41,402 bases of DNA from Planctomycetota bacterium (GTDB lineage Bacteria > Planctomycetota > Phycisphaerae > WQYP01). The notes under the pieces are model-generated. The model searched no databases, was not told the origin of the DNA, and saw only the letters and a list, made by a program, of their open reading frames with translations. The DNA lies in the NCBI GenBank assembly GCA_021847065.1, contig JAJZVR010000001.1:1-41402 (forward strand), written 5' to 3'. Positions 19,437 through 28,710 of this stretch are shown one piece after another; within the stretch, counting starts at the first letter, position 1; every line of letters starts with the position of its first letter. The translations under genes were made by a program, and so were the position numbers.

Positions 19437-19574
19437 GAGAGTCTCCCTAAAAAAACAAAGAACTTAATCGTCGTTCCAGAACATCTGGAACGTAATCGAT
19501 TTATATTGCGACAAACACAATGATAGCCTGTTATCCATTCGGTAACAAGTGTCATCGGCGCGATATTGATAAGC

Positions 19575-19820
19575 ATGGCAAAAGCCCAACATGCACCACG
19601 ATACCGCTCACTGCCAGCGCTCCTGCGTGCAATGCGACAGGAGGCCCAGTTTACGCAACGAGAACTTGCTGCAAAATTGTGCGTTTCGCATGTGTTTGTT
19701 CATAAAAGCGAAATCGGTGAACGACGAGTGGATGTCACCGAGTTCATGGATTGGTGTCTGGCCTGCGGTAAAGACCCAGACCATGAATTTCGCCGGCTAC
19801 GGAAGTTACGCCGCGTGTGA
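19575..19820 (+). CDS. XRE-family HTH transcriptional regulator
   Basis: LRAMRQEAQFTQRELAAKL..VHKSEIGERRVDVTEF. Confidence 0.85.
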   Translation: MAKAQHAPRYRSLPALLRAMRQEAQFTQRELAAKLCVSHVFVHKSEIGERRVDVTEFMDWCLACGKDPDHEFRRLRKLRRV

Positions 19821-19951
19821 CCCTGACTGCCTACATTCACTGCCGCATTTCCTTGCGTCCGCTGTGGGATTTAGCTATGCTATCTTCTTGTTCACTGTCG
19901 ATATGTGGCCCCAGATGGTGGGCGCTAGTTTTTACCTGAAGGGAGAATACC

Positions 19952-22747
19952 ATGGCAAAGGGACAGACGTGGTGGCAGACGATGTTTGAAGCGCGGTACG
20001 TGGGAAGACAACAGAAACAGTCAGCAGAATATCTGCATTGGACAGCGCCGCCGCGTGATAAGGGAGTTCGATCTGGACAAATTGCTCTCACAATAGCTGT
20101 CACCGCATCACTGGGGCTAACACATGTGTCCAATGCCGCCCCACAATACTCTGTAACCGATCTAGGAACACTAAATGGATATTCGCAGAGCTACGCTGCA
20201 GGCGTTAATGATTATGGTCAGGTAGTTGGCGAATCCGAAAACAGCGTCAATTCTTCCCACGCTTTTCTTTACAGCAACGGTAGTATAACTGACCTTGGAG
20301 TGTTACCTGGCTATGCCACAAGCTATGCAACAGGCATAAATAATGCAGGCCAAGTTGTTGGTTGGGATAATCCCGCCAACTTCGAGGAGAACAGTCTTAC
20401 GGCTGCATATTTTTCAGCTAATTCCGTCACTGAAATGTGCTTTGGCGGCCCTTCAGCGGGGATGTCTCAAGCCTTTATCTACCATAACGGATCTGTGTCA
20501 AGTTTGGGAAATCTGCCGGGAGGTACGGGCAGCGTGGCTTTCAGTATCAACAAAAGTGGCGCTGTTGCTGGCGTTGCAGGTACGGCATCCACTTATTCGA
20601 CTGATGCTTATCTTTACAATGGCGGCACTATGACTAATTTGGGTACTCCAATTGGTTATCCATACACGAGCTATGCGGTTGCCAATAATAACGGTGAAGT
20701 TGCCGGATCGGCTATAGGATTTAGTTACGACAGTAATGGAGTTCCGACAGGAACGAATAAACATTCATTTGTTTATAATACTGGATCAATAACTGACATG
20801 GGAACTTTATCAAACTCTTCCTCAAGCTACGCCACTGGTATTAATGACAGTGGTAAGGTGGTTGGCTACGCGGACGGAATAAACTCGCATGCGTTCCTTT
20901 ACAGTAATGGCGATATGATTGGGATTGGAATCCCCGCTGGAGAAAGCTGGAGCCAAGCCAACGGCATAAACAATGAAAATCAAATCGTCGGAGTAGCTGG
21001 CAATAGTAGCGGCACTACCCATGCTTTCCTATACCAGAATGGTTCAACAGTGGACCTCAATACTCTAACGAGCGGTTCAGGTTGGACGCTACAAGAGGCG
21101 ACCGCTATAAACGCGAACGGACAAATAGTTGGCAGTGGGATAAATCCGAGAGGCCAAACACACGCGTTTCTGTTGACGCCGACGATACCAACAGTGCAGG
21201 CAACAACGACGCCGTCGGCACCGGAAACAGCACACCCCGTTTCCGGTCAATTGGTAGTCTTTGATGCGAACCCGAAAGATGCATCCTACGGGACATTTGT
21301 CGCAGCAAGCAATACGCCTGGTACAATCGGATACGTCGATCCCAATAACCCGACTGATATTCTTACGCACGGCTACGCTAGTAGCGACGCACTTTGGGCG
21401 GGCTCAGCCGGGTTTGCGGAGGCCCTTGCGAAGCAACAACCGACTACCAATATTGTGGCGTGGAACTGGTCCGGTGAAGCCAAGTGGGATGGCAACTGGG
21501 TCGATTGGATTCCGGACTTAACTGCCGCTGATCTAGCAACTCAAAATCAGGGCCAAGACCTTGCATCATCCTTACTGTCTCTCCTAGGCACGAATTACAG
21601 TGGTTCCCTGCATTTTGTTGGTCACAGCTTGGGAACAATGGTCAACGCGAAGGCCATCGACACGATCACCCAGGCGGACCATTCAGTGACCGTCCAGGAT
21701 ACTCTTTTTGATGATGGAGAGTTAGCCAATCCTATCACCACAGCCATTACGTCCATAGACCAACTTCGCCTTTATGTCGCCAGATTCAGTTCCATGCCGC
21801 AAGACACATCTAATATTTCCATCGACAATTACCTCTCTGCGTTTGGCGGCGTGCATCAGGGGGCTGTTAATGTTGTCTTACAGCAAGCCATAGCAGAGTT
21901 TCCGGATATTGTTGCAATGCATGGTTATCCGGTGCAATGGTACCAGAGCACCATGGGGCTTAACAATGTAACGACACCGCAGCTTCAGGGTATGGGCTTT
22001 CAGTTTGACGGCGCGCAGGCGCAACCCGGCGTGTATCCATTCAATTTTCTTCAGACGGTTGCGCCTGGCGATCGGTATTCCCTCACGCCGATGACATACG
22101 ATGAGGCCTCGCACTACGGCGGGATAAAGACGATTCCGTCCGAGTCGTATAATTATCTTACGTCTGTGACGATCGCCGACATCACGGGCGCAGCTCAAGT
22201 TGCTGGTGGCGCGTTGGTCAACGTGGTTAATTTCCTTCCACCGGATTCATTAAATAATGACACCCCAGCCTTAGGCCCGCAGTTTATTCTCCCAAAGTTC
22301 GCAAGCACTTCGGAAGGTCCGCTTACCGCCAACACAGCAGCCGTAGCCGCTACGAGTAACAACACCACGGCTGCTATGTCGTACGTATTTGTCCCAATCA
22401 AGGTTCCAACTGGCGCGCAGATGATGACCCTCGACTACGTTATGCATGGACTGAGTGCGACAGACCTTCTGAGTGTTGGGATTAACGATACGCCCTTGTT
22501 CGCGTTAGAAAGCCAATTTGTAACGCCGGACAGTATAACCAACACAGGATATCTGGATGTGTCGCAATGGGCAGGCACGGATGTTCAGTTATTCATCGGG
22601 CTCATTCCTGGCGATAACCAGAACTTGGGTGGCACTATTACGGTCGATAATATAGCGTTCGAAGCGGTTCCTGAGCCAAGCACTTACCTGCTTATGCTTG
22701 GCACATTAGCGATTCTAGCTGCAAGACGACGAAGAGTATTAGATTGA
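19952..22747 (+). CDS. PEP-CTERM protein with HAF repeats and an alpha/beta-hydrolase (lipase-like) domain
   Basis: Repeated DLGTL..SYA.GIN..GQVVG..HAFLY units, then ILTHGY..LHFVGHSLG, and C-term VPEP-TM-RRRR. Start uncertain. Confidence 0.85.
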   Translation: MAKGQTWWQTMFEARYVGRQQKQSAEYLHWTAPPRDKGVRSGQIALTIAVTASLGLTHVSNAAPQYSVTDLGTLNGYSQSYAAGVNDYGQVVGESENSVNSSHAFLYSNGSITDLGVLPGYATSYATGINNAGQVVGWDNPANFEENSLTAAYFSANSVTEMCFGGPSAGMSQAFIYHNGSVSSLGNLPGGTGSVAFSINKSGAVAGVAGTASTYSTDAYLYNGGTMTNLGTPIGYPYTSYAVANNNGEVAGSAIGFSYDSNGVPTGTNKHSFVYNTGSITDMGTLSNSSSSYATGINDSGKVVGYADGINSHAFLYSNGDMIGIGIPAGESWSQANGINNENQIVGVAGNSSGTTHAFLYQNGSTVDLNTLTSGSGWTLQEATAINANGQIVGSGINPRGQTHAFLLTPTIPTVQATTTPSAPETAHPVSGQLVVFDANPKDASYGTFVAASNTPGTIGYVDPNNPTDILTHGYASSDALWAGSAGFAEALAKQQPTTNIVAWNWSGEAKWDGNWVDWIPDLTAADLATQNQGQDLASSLLSLLGTNYSGSLHFVGHSLGTMVNAKAIDTITQADHSVTVQDTLFDDGELANPITTAITSIDQLRLYVARFSSMPQDTSNISIDNYLSAFGGVHQGAVNVVLQQAIAEFPDIVAMHGYPVQWYQSTMGLNNVTTPQLQGMGFQFDGAQAQPGVYPFNFLQTVAPGDRYSLTPMTYDEASHYGGIKTIPSESYNYLTSVTIADITGAAQVAGGALVNVVNFLPPDSLNNDTPALGPQFILPKFASTSEGPLTANTAAVAATSNNTTAAMSYVFVPIKVPTGAQMMTLDYVMHGLSATDLLSVGINDTPLFALESQFVTPDSITNTGYLDVSQWAGTDVQLFIGLIPGDNQNLGGTITVDNIAFEAVPEPSTYLLMLGTLAILAARRRRVLD

Positions 22748-22772
22748 AGCGTTATTATGAACTAAAAATTAG

Positions 22773-23090
22773 CTAGGGGGTCATTAAGAGGGCGATGAAG
22801 AAAAGGAGAAAAGCCAGAGATAAAGAAAATGCCGAAATGATGATTGATGTGATTGCCCTAATAACGGTGTAGCGTGCTTTCTCTCGTGAGAAAGAGAGGC
22901 TCGCGAGAGTGATTGATGAAACTGGTGCTAAAAGATAAAATATTATCAACAACACCAATCCGTGAAAGTCATATGCATCGACAAAACTCAAATGACTGAG
23001 TGGCCCCGCGATATATATTCCAACAAGAGGGCAGAGTGAGAGAATGAGCGCCGTCACACTCATCCACTTGTGATGTCCTTCCGCATTCAT
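22773..23090 (-). CDS. Small membrane protein (about 3 TM)
   Basis: 105-aa ORF with three hydrophobic segments. Confidence 0.6.
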   Translation of the reverse strand: MNAEGHHKWMSVTALILSLCPLVGIYIAGPLSHLSFVDAYDFHGLVLLIIFYLLAPVSSITLASLSFSREKARYTVIRAITSIIISAFSLSLAFLLFFIALLMTP

Positions 23091-23196
23091 ATGCTATATT
23101 CTAGCATGTGTATAGTGGATGAATGGCATGGATGAGCGACAGTTGGGGATAACTGCGGCGTATTTACCAATACGCTCCATCATCTGAAGACGATCA

Positions 23197-24189
23197 TCAT
23201 CCCAGAAGAGAAGATTTATTTCCTCGACTCTCCACCGCCGCATCCCTTTCCGTCTGCCGCCGATACCGCCCCAGGTTGCGTACTGTCACGTCATGTCCAC
23301 TGCCGGCAATAGCGTTCATAAAATCAGCTGGCCGCATCCAAATCGGCCCCAGCGGGTCGACAAGTATCTCCGGCATCGTGGTCAACCACACCATCGTCTT
23401 GATGGGCGGGTCAACTAATAACAATCGTTCAGCGGCGTTGTTCCGGCGCTCCGCCGTTGGAAAGATCGCCAGCACCCGGAAGGGGTAATCCGCAAATTGA
23501 TCACGGCTGCCGCCCCTTGATTCGGCAAAGCCGCCACTGCGGTAATGGGTGCGGTAGCAAGCGACCCGGTCAGCCAACACCGCCTGACTCTCCGTTCTCC
23601 GATCCACTTCAATGAAGCAATGGTGCTCGGCAATGCCGTCAGCATCCTTTTCATGCAGACATAGATACCCGTCAGGTTTGACGATGACCGAAGCACCGCC
23701 ATAGCCGCTAGTGTGTGGCTTGTGGGTGCGGAACTGTGACAGTAGCGGCCACGTAGTCGAGGTAATGACGCGAATATTTGTACGTTTGGATAGAGCGGCC
23801 AACAGCGCCGCTTTGACGCCGACAACCGCAAGTTCGTGCCGTAGCGTCAAGCGGCTAACGTGCGAACGCACGTCGAATTGGGCATCGGAGAGCACCGGGT
23901 AGCCGTCAAGACGGCCCTGTCGCTTCAGGAGGTGGAATCCCTTCTTGGTCAACAGCAGTGTCAAGGGTTCATGCGCCTGGCGGGCCCGGTCACGGATCAA
24001 TCCCGCTCGCCGGAGTTTCTGTAGCCGCTTCTTGGCCGTTTCAATATTGCTTTCAAAATAGAGGGTGGCGGCATGGCTGACAGTCATTGTCCGGCTTTCA
24101 TACAGCCCGCGCAATACGGCAAAGTCCCGCTCTTGCGGGATGATGCGGCGTTCAGTTGTCCCGTCCATGTGCATCAAATAGTCTACCAC
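23197..24189 (-). CDS. Replication-relaxation (Replic_Relax) family protein, putative relaxase
   Basis: N-term winged-helix-like RDFAVL..KKRLQKL..GLI, LRHELAV, KPDGYL..FIEVDRRTE (PD-(D/E)xK-like); sits downstream of a coupling ATPase. Confidence 0.8.
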   Translation of the reverse strand: MVDYLMHMDGTTERRIIPQERDFAVLRGLYESRTMTVSHAATLYFESNIETAKKRLQKLRRAGLIRDRARQAHEPLTLLLTKKGFHLLKRQGRLDGYPVLSDAQFDVRSHVSRLTLRHELAVVGVKAALLAALSKRTNIRVITSTTWPLLSQFRTHKPHTSGYGGASVIVKPDGYLCLHEKDADGIAEHHCFIEVDRRTESQAVLADRVACYRTHYRSGGFAESRGGSRDQFADYPFRVLAIFPTAERRNNAAERLLLVDPPIKTMVWLTTMPEILVDPLGPIWMRPADFMNAIAGSGHDVTVRNLGRYRRQTERDAAVESRGNKSSLLG

Positions 24190-24194
24190 GCCGG

Positions 24195-25070
24195 TTATGC
24201 GGTTTCGTCCAAATCTTTGATCCGGGCTTCCAACTTGCCCATCTCAACGTCGATTTCATCCCGGTCAGTCCCTTGGGCGGCCAGCGTCCGCTCCACTTTC
24301 CGTTTAGCTTTGGCGACCGTTTGGGTGCGCTTGATGAACTCCTGGGTCGTCGTATCCACCGCCTGTTTGAACTGGTCGGCACTCGGTGCTGCAGTGCCGT
24401 CGGGTATGACGATTTCAAACGAACAATCGGTCTCGTCCCTGGGACGGCCCGCCTGATTGACCACAAACGAAAGGACATACCGGCCCGTCGGCAATCGCGT
24501 GGAGTATTGACCAGCATTTGCCCAGCCGCTAAACATGACGGTGCCGTCTCGTCGGCCAATGACTTGGGGAACCGATTGGTCGGCGATATGCACTCTCCAT
24601 GAGACGATCACGCCGGTCTGGCCGACCAGGGCGATGACGTGCAAAAACTTTCCAGTATGAGAGTGCATGCTGCTGGCCTTGCCCACGATATCGTCGGTCT
24701 GCTGCGGTGTCGGGCAGTTGATGATGCTGCTCCACGGCGCCAGCGACTGTGTAGCCTTGTGTTGCTCGGCCTCAAGACGCTCGCGGGCGGCCTCCTCCTC
24801 CTTTGCCGCCGCCAGGAGTTTCTGTTCTTTTTCTTTCAGCATTTGTTCAGCCAACCGCCGCTGCGCCGCTTCAGTCTCCAGACGTTGCTGTTCCTCGATC
24901 GCTCTGACCGCGTTCAGGTGGGCACGCCATCGTTTGACCCCGATGACGATAAGCCAGCAGACGCCCACCGCCGCTGCAATTACTAGAAGGACGGTACCGG
25001 CTGCGGCGATGATCATCACAATGAAGATGAGAACCACGATGCCGACTGAGAGCTTGACTATGTCTTCCAT
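24195..25070 (-). CDS. Membrane-anchored coiled-coil hypothetical protein
   Basis: GGAG RBS plus ATG 25070 (MEDIVKL); long hydrophobic N-term; E/A/Q/K-rich coil. Confidence 0.75.
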   Translation of the reverse strand: MEDIVKLSVGIVVLIFIVMIIAAAGTVLLVIAAAVGVCWLIVIGVKRWRAHLNAVRAIEEQQRLETEAAQRRLAEQMLKEKEQKLLAAAKEEEAARERLEAEQHKATQSLAPWSSIINCPTPQQTDDIVGKASSMHSHTGKFLHVIALVGQTGVIVSWRVHIADQSVPQVIGRRDGTVMFSGWANAGQYSTRLPTGRYVLSFVVNQAGRPRDETDCSFEIVIPDGTAAPSADQFKQAVDTTTQEFIKRTQTVAKAKRKVERTLAAQGTDRDEIDVEMGKLEARIKDLDETA

Positions 25071-25074
25071 ACGC

Positions 25075-27291
25075 TTACTCCTTGATTCTCCGCACGATAT
25101 TCGTCGGCTCGCCGGTGCCAGCCGGGCCGAGGTACGTGGTCTCAAATTGTTTCCGGCGTGCCGCCAGGCGGCGGTCGGCTTCGACCACCGGCAGAGCGAA
25201 GGGAAGCTTTTTGCGCCGTACGTTCGTCCAGGCCCGTGCTCCCTTGGCGGATATCTTCGCCGGTGCAACCGTCGGCGTCGTGATCGGCACTGGCGGGTCG
25301 ATGCCGATACGCACCACCGCATGGCGGTCTGGTTGGGCCGACAGAAACTGGGAATACCGGAACAACTGCTCCTCTGGCGACCGAAACTGCGGCGGTAGTG
25401 CCTCCTTGCCCACCATGGGCACGAGCATGGGCGCACTGGTCACCCCTTCCGAGGTGGACTGTGACGTGGTGTGCCCGCCGCCGTATGTTTCCGCGTTACC
25501 CGTCGTGGAGCTTTCGCTCGTGGTGCGACTCTCGCCGCGTTGCAACGACACTGAATCGCTTTCACCGTCACTGGCCGATTCGCTCATACCGCTCGAGTGC
25601 GATTCACTGCGAGCATGTGCATCTTGCTCCGCCCGGGCGGAACTTGTCGAGCGGGTGGCTGCCACACCGGTCGATTCGGATTCACTGTCGCTTGTACCGG
25701 TCGCTGCCGATGTCCCCATACTGCGATTCAGCGTCGGAAACTCGCCTTCTTCATCACGGTACGCGGCATCGAACGTGTGCGTCGGTTCCGCTCCGACGAT
25801 TTTCAGCATGGCCTCGGAATCGCCGGCAAGCTGACGGTTCTCGCTCGTGCTATCGCTCCGCTGGTGGGCATGGCCGGCGGCACGGCTCACCGTGGTTCCC
25901 GCGGCTTCACTCTGGGCGGTGCTTTCGGCATGGCTCTGACTGTGCCCGTGAGACAGTCCTGCGTTCGTGCCGATTGAGCGATTCCGCTGGCTGCTGTGCG
26001 ACACGCCCACCGATTCGGTCTGGCCGTGACTGACGCCGGAGGTAGTACCGCTGGACTCCGTGGTGCTCCAGTTCTCGGTGTCGGCAACGCCTTGGCTCGT
26101 GCTGTGACTGGTGCTGTCGTGGTATTCCAGCCTGTAGCCGAGCACTTTTGTAGTGTAATGCTGGTGCTTTACCTGATCCACGTCCACATTGTTGCGGAAC
26201 AGCCAGGGGGTCATGAGGTCCAGGTCGGCCGGGTGGCCGGTCTGAAATAGCACCTGGGTGGTGGTATTGCTGATGGCGGCGTTGAGGACTTGGCGACCGC
26301 CCGGCCCCAGGTCAAGGAGTTGCTGCGGACTTTGATGGGCCATGATGAACCCAACATTCATGCCCCGCAGTTGTGCCAGTGATTGGGCGATGACCGGCGA
26401 GATATATTCCTGAAACTCGTCGATGGCAACGATGAAGCGCCGGTGCATTCGGTCGCCTGAACGTTTACCCCGGTGCTTGGCGGCACTCCAGACTTCATTG
26501 ACCAAGAGACTGCCGACCACAGCGGCGTCTTCTTCGGCGATTTTTGATCCTTCGGTAGACAGCGCCGCCAGGACGATGTGACCTTGTGCCAAGGCCGAGC
26601 GCATATCAAGCGACACGTCACTCTGGCTGAAGGCAAGGCGTAATGCTTGCGTGGAAAGAAATCGTCCCAGCCGATTCATGGTTGATTCCAGTTCTTCCTG
26701 GAACGCCGCCTCGGTCAGTTTACTTGCGACGATCCACACACTCTTGGCCATGGCATCTTCCACCCGGAGCGCCAACGCGGAACGGATTTCCCGACTGCGG
26801 ATGATGTCGAGCGCTTCCAACAGCGTGCACTGGGAACTATACAGCGTTGCCAGGAGCGTCGTGAGCCACTTTGTCAGACGCGGTGTGTCGGTGGCATCAG
26901 CTTGCTTCCAGCCGTGCAAGATGGCGCGGACGGCGGCATGAATCAAGGGTGCCGGATCATCTTCCGGCTGGGGCCGCAGGATATGGAGCGAGCAAATCCA
27001 GTCGCTACGGAGGTCAAGGGGAATCACCGGGAAATTGTCAAAACCGCTGGCCGCCATCCAGGAGACGAGCGACTCATACAGTTCGGCATGAGGATCAATG
27101 AGGAGTAATCCTTCCCGTGTCCAGGGCCAGCGGCGGATCAACTCCCGCAGCGTGTGCTCCAGCAGTTTTGACTTGCCGCTGCCGCTTTTGCCGCAGATAT
27201 ATGTGTGACGGTTGAGTTGGTCGAGCGGTAGGCCGACGGGATTGCCACTGGTGTGATATCCAAGAACAATGTCATTAGAAATACTGTTCAC
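25075..27291 (-). CDS. Second VirD4/HerA-like ATPase with a long Ser/Thr/Gly-rich insertion
   Basis: HTYICGKSGSGKS, IDPHAELY, VAIDEFQEY, MAHQ; GGAG RBS before GTG start. Confidence 0.8.
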   Translation of the reverse strand: MNSISNDIVLGYHTSGNPVGLPLDQLNRHTYICGKSGSGKSKLLEHTLRELIRRWPWTREGLLLIDPHAELYESLVSWMAASGFDNFPVIPLDLRSDWICSLHILRPQPEDDPAPLIHAAVRAILHGWKQADATDTPRLTKWLTTLLATLYSSQCTLLEALDIIRSREIRSALALRVEDAMAKSVWIVASKLTEAAFQEELESTMNRLGRFLSTQALRLAFSQSDVSLDMRSALAQGHIVLAALSTEGSKIAEEDAAVVGSLLVNEVWSAAKHRGKRSGDRMHRRFIVAIDEFQEYISPVIAQSLAQLRGMNVGFIMAHQSPQQLLDLGPGGRQVLNAAISNTTTQVLFQTGHPADLDLMTPWLFRNNVDVDQVKHQHYTTKVLGYRLEYHDSTSHSTSQGVADTENWSTTESSGTTSGVSHGQTESVGVSHSSQRNRSIGTNAGLSHGHSQSHAESTAQSEAAGTTVSRAAGHAHQRSDSTSENRQLAGDSEAMLKIVGAEPTHTFDAAYRDEEGEFPTLNRSMGTSAATGTSDSESESTGVAATRSTSSARAEQDAHARSESHSSGMSESASDGESDSVSLQRGESRTTSESSTTGNAETYGGGHTTSQSTSEGVTSAPMLVPMVGKEALPPQFRSPEEQLFRYSQFLSAQPDRHAVVRIGIDPPVPITTPTVAPAKISAKGARAWTNVRRKKLPFALPVVEADRRLAARRKQFETTYLGPAGTGEPTNIVRRIKE

Positions 27292-27342
27292 GTTGATTCT
27301 CCATGGCTACGGTTAGGTGCAAGACCGATACCTCTCCATGAT

Positions 27343-27585
27343 TCATAATGTTTTAGCCGCTAATCCATTGGTCATCTTTTCAATAAGTTCGGCTCGCCGG
27401 TCTTCCGCCGCTACCTCTCGGCTATAACTCTCTTCCCCTCGGTCGGCCCACATTGTGCACCGATGTGCATGTCGTCTCGTGATTGTGGTAACTATTTCGC
27501 GACCACGTCGCGTGAACCAATACCACGGGCACTTCTGCGGCTTTCCTTTTAGATATCGTAAAAAGGTGGTACTTTTTCGATTCAT
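27343..27585 (-). CDS. Small basic hypothetical protein
   Basis: GAGGT RBS before ATG 27585; co-oriented between the NYN and ATPase genes. Confidence 0.5.
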   Translation of the reverse strand: MNRKSTTFLRYLKGKPQKCPWYWFTRRGREIVTTITRRHAHRCTMWADRGEESYSREVAAEDRRAELIEKMTNGLAAKTL

Positions 27586-27661
27586 AATGCACCTCTGGTC
27601 GTTCGGCACCATGTTTCCTGGCTTACTCCATATGCCTCTCGAGGTATAGCAATATCCTTGC

Positions 27662-28357
27662 CTACGCAGCAGGAATATCTCCAGCGTGCGGGCGGCCATA
27701 TATTTTGTCCGCGATCTGCGGTTGCGCTTGATTGGTGGCGGAACGGCTGAAAATGCCTTCCAGCGAAGGGTCGGGATGATGGTCTAAATTGTTGATTAGT
27801 GAAGCCATGTGCAGGCTATATGTCACCGCGTCACGAACATCGCGTGACGTATGGGTGATGTGCCACTTTCCGGCAGCATCGGTATATGCAAAATCCCAGC
27901 CGAGAAGCAGTATTCTCACGCCGGCGGCAGTGCATTTGCGTACGAGTGAAATATGATCGGTATCGCCGGCATACAGGGCGATCACGTCGACCTTATTGTT
28001 CATAACTAATTCGAAAGCTTCGAGAGCTAGCAAAGAGTCAATGCCTTTTTCTTTGCCGTCCACGAGCGGCAGATAATGGGTGGCTATATCAGTCTTGATG
28101 AGGGCATTATCTAATTCCCACTCCGCGGCAACATCGGTATGCGGGTACATCAAGCGGCCACGAAAATAATGACCTTGAACCATGAGGCAGTTCATCTCGG
28201 CTACATGTTCACGCGCAGCAACTTGTTTCCGGACGAAATTTTTCAGACCGGAAAAATGCAGCGGCGACCGTCGCGGATGCACTTCGGTGTAGAACTGGTT
28301 AACCTTTGCGTCATAGCCGCCATCGATAAACAGGCTGATTCGGATATGGTTCTTCAT
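27662..28357 (-). CDS. NYN-domain (LabA/DUF88, PIN-like) protein
   Basis: LFIDGGY, EKGIDSLLALEA, LYAGDTDHISLVRK..GVRILLLGW. Confidence 0.88.
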   Translation of the reverse strand: MKNHIRISLFIDGGYDAKVNQFYTEVHPRRSPLHFSGLKNFVRKQVAAREHVAEMNCLMVQGHYFRGRLMYPHTDVAAEWELDNALIKTDIATHYLPLVDGKEKGIDSLLALEAFELVMNNKVDVIALYAGDTDHISLVRKCTAAGVRILLLGWDFAYTDAAGKWHITHTSRDVRDAVTYSLHMASLINNLDHHPDPSLEGIFSRSATNQAQPQIADKIYGRPHAGDIPAA

Positions 28358-28360
28358 GTG

Positions 28361-28534
28361 ACACCTCCAAAAACTTTCACGGAGGTGTATCGGTCGACGC
28401 CCATGGAAACCTTGCGCCGCGACCTAACCCATGTTAGGGTATGGCCGGGCCGCAGTGTACGAACTGCGATCCAAGGGGTCGGAGTTACTACCTCCGATTT
28501 CCAACGCCGTCGGGATAATCCCGGCGGCGTTTTT
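28361..28534 (+). other. Multi-hairpin structured non-coding segment (candidate ncRNA or ssDNA structure)
   Basis: Five stems at 28361-88, 28423-38, 28451-68, 28479-97 and 28503-31, the last followed by Ts; G-U pairs favour the + strand. Confidence 0.55.
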
Positions 28535-28710
28535 AAATGCCGCTGACTATGTTTGACGACAAAGGTATAGTACGTAAAGTAGGTAGATTGAAATTTGCCA
28601 GAGAGAGCAAAAACATTGTTTGAGAACGCAATATTTGAAGCTAGATTGTTCGCTTCTGACCGGCTATTGTGTTTGTCATGTATAGCGGATTTCCAATTGG
28701 AGTGACGGCC

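Noticed and set aside
20140..21180. CRISPR-like or tandem DNA array
   Set aside because: The periodicity is protein-level HAF repeats with divergent codons; I saw no repeat-spacer array anywhere in the window.
25071..25436. N-terminal extension of the 413-aa ORF
   Set aside because: It overlaps the ATPase in another frame; the RBS supports ATG 25070.
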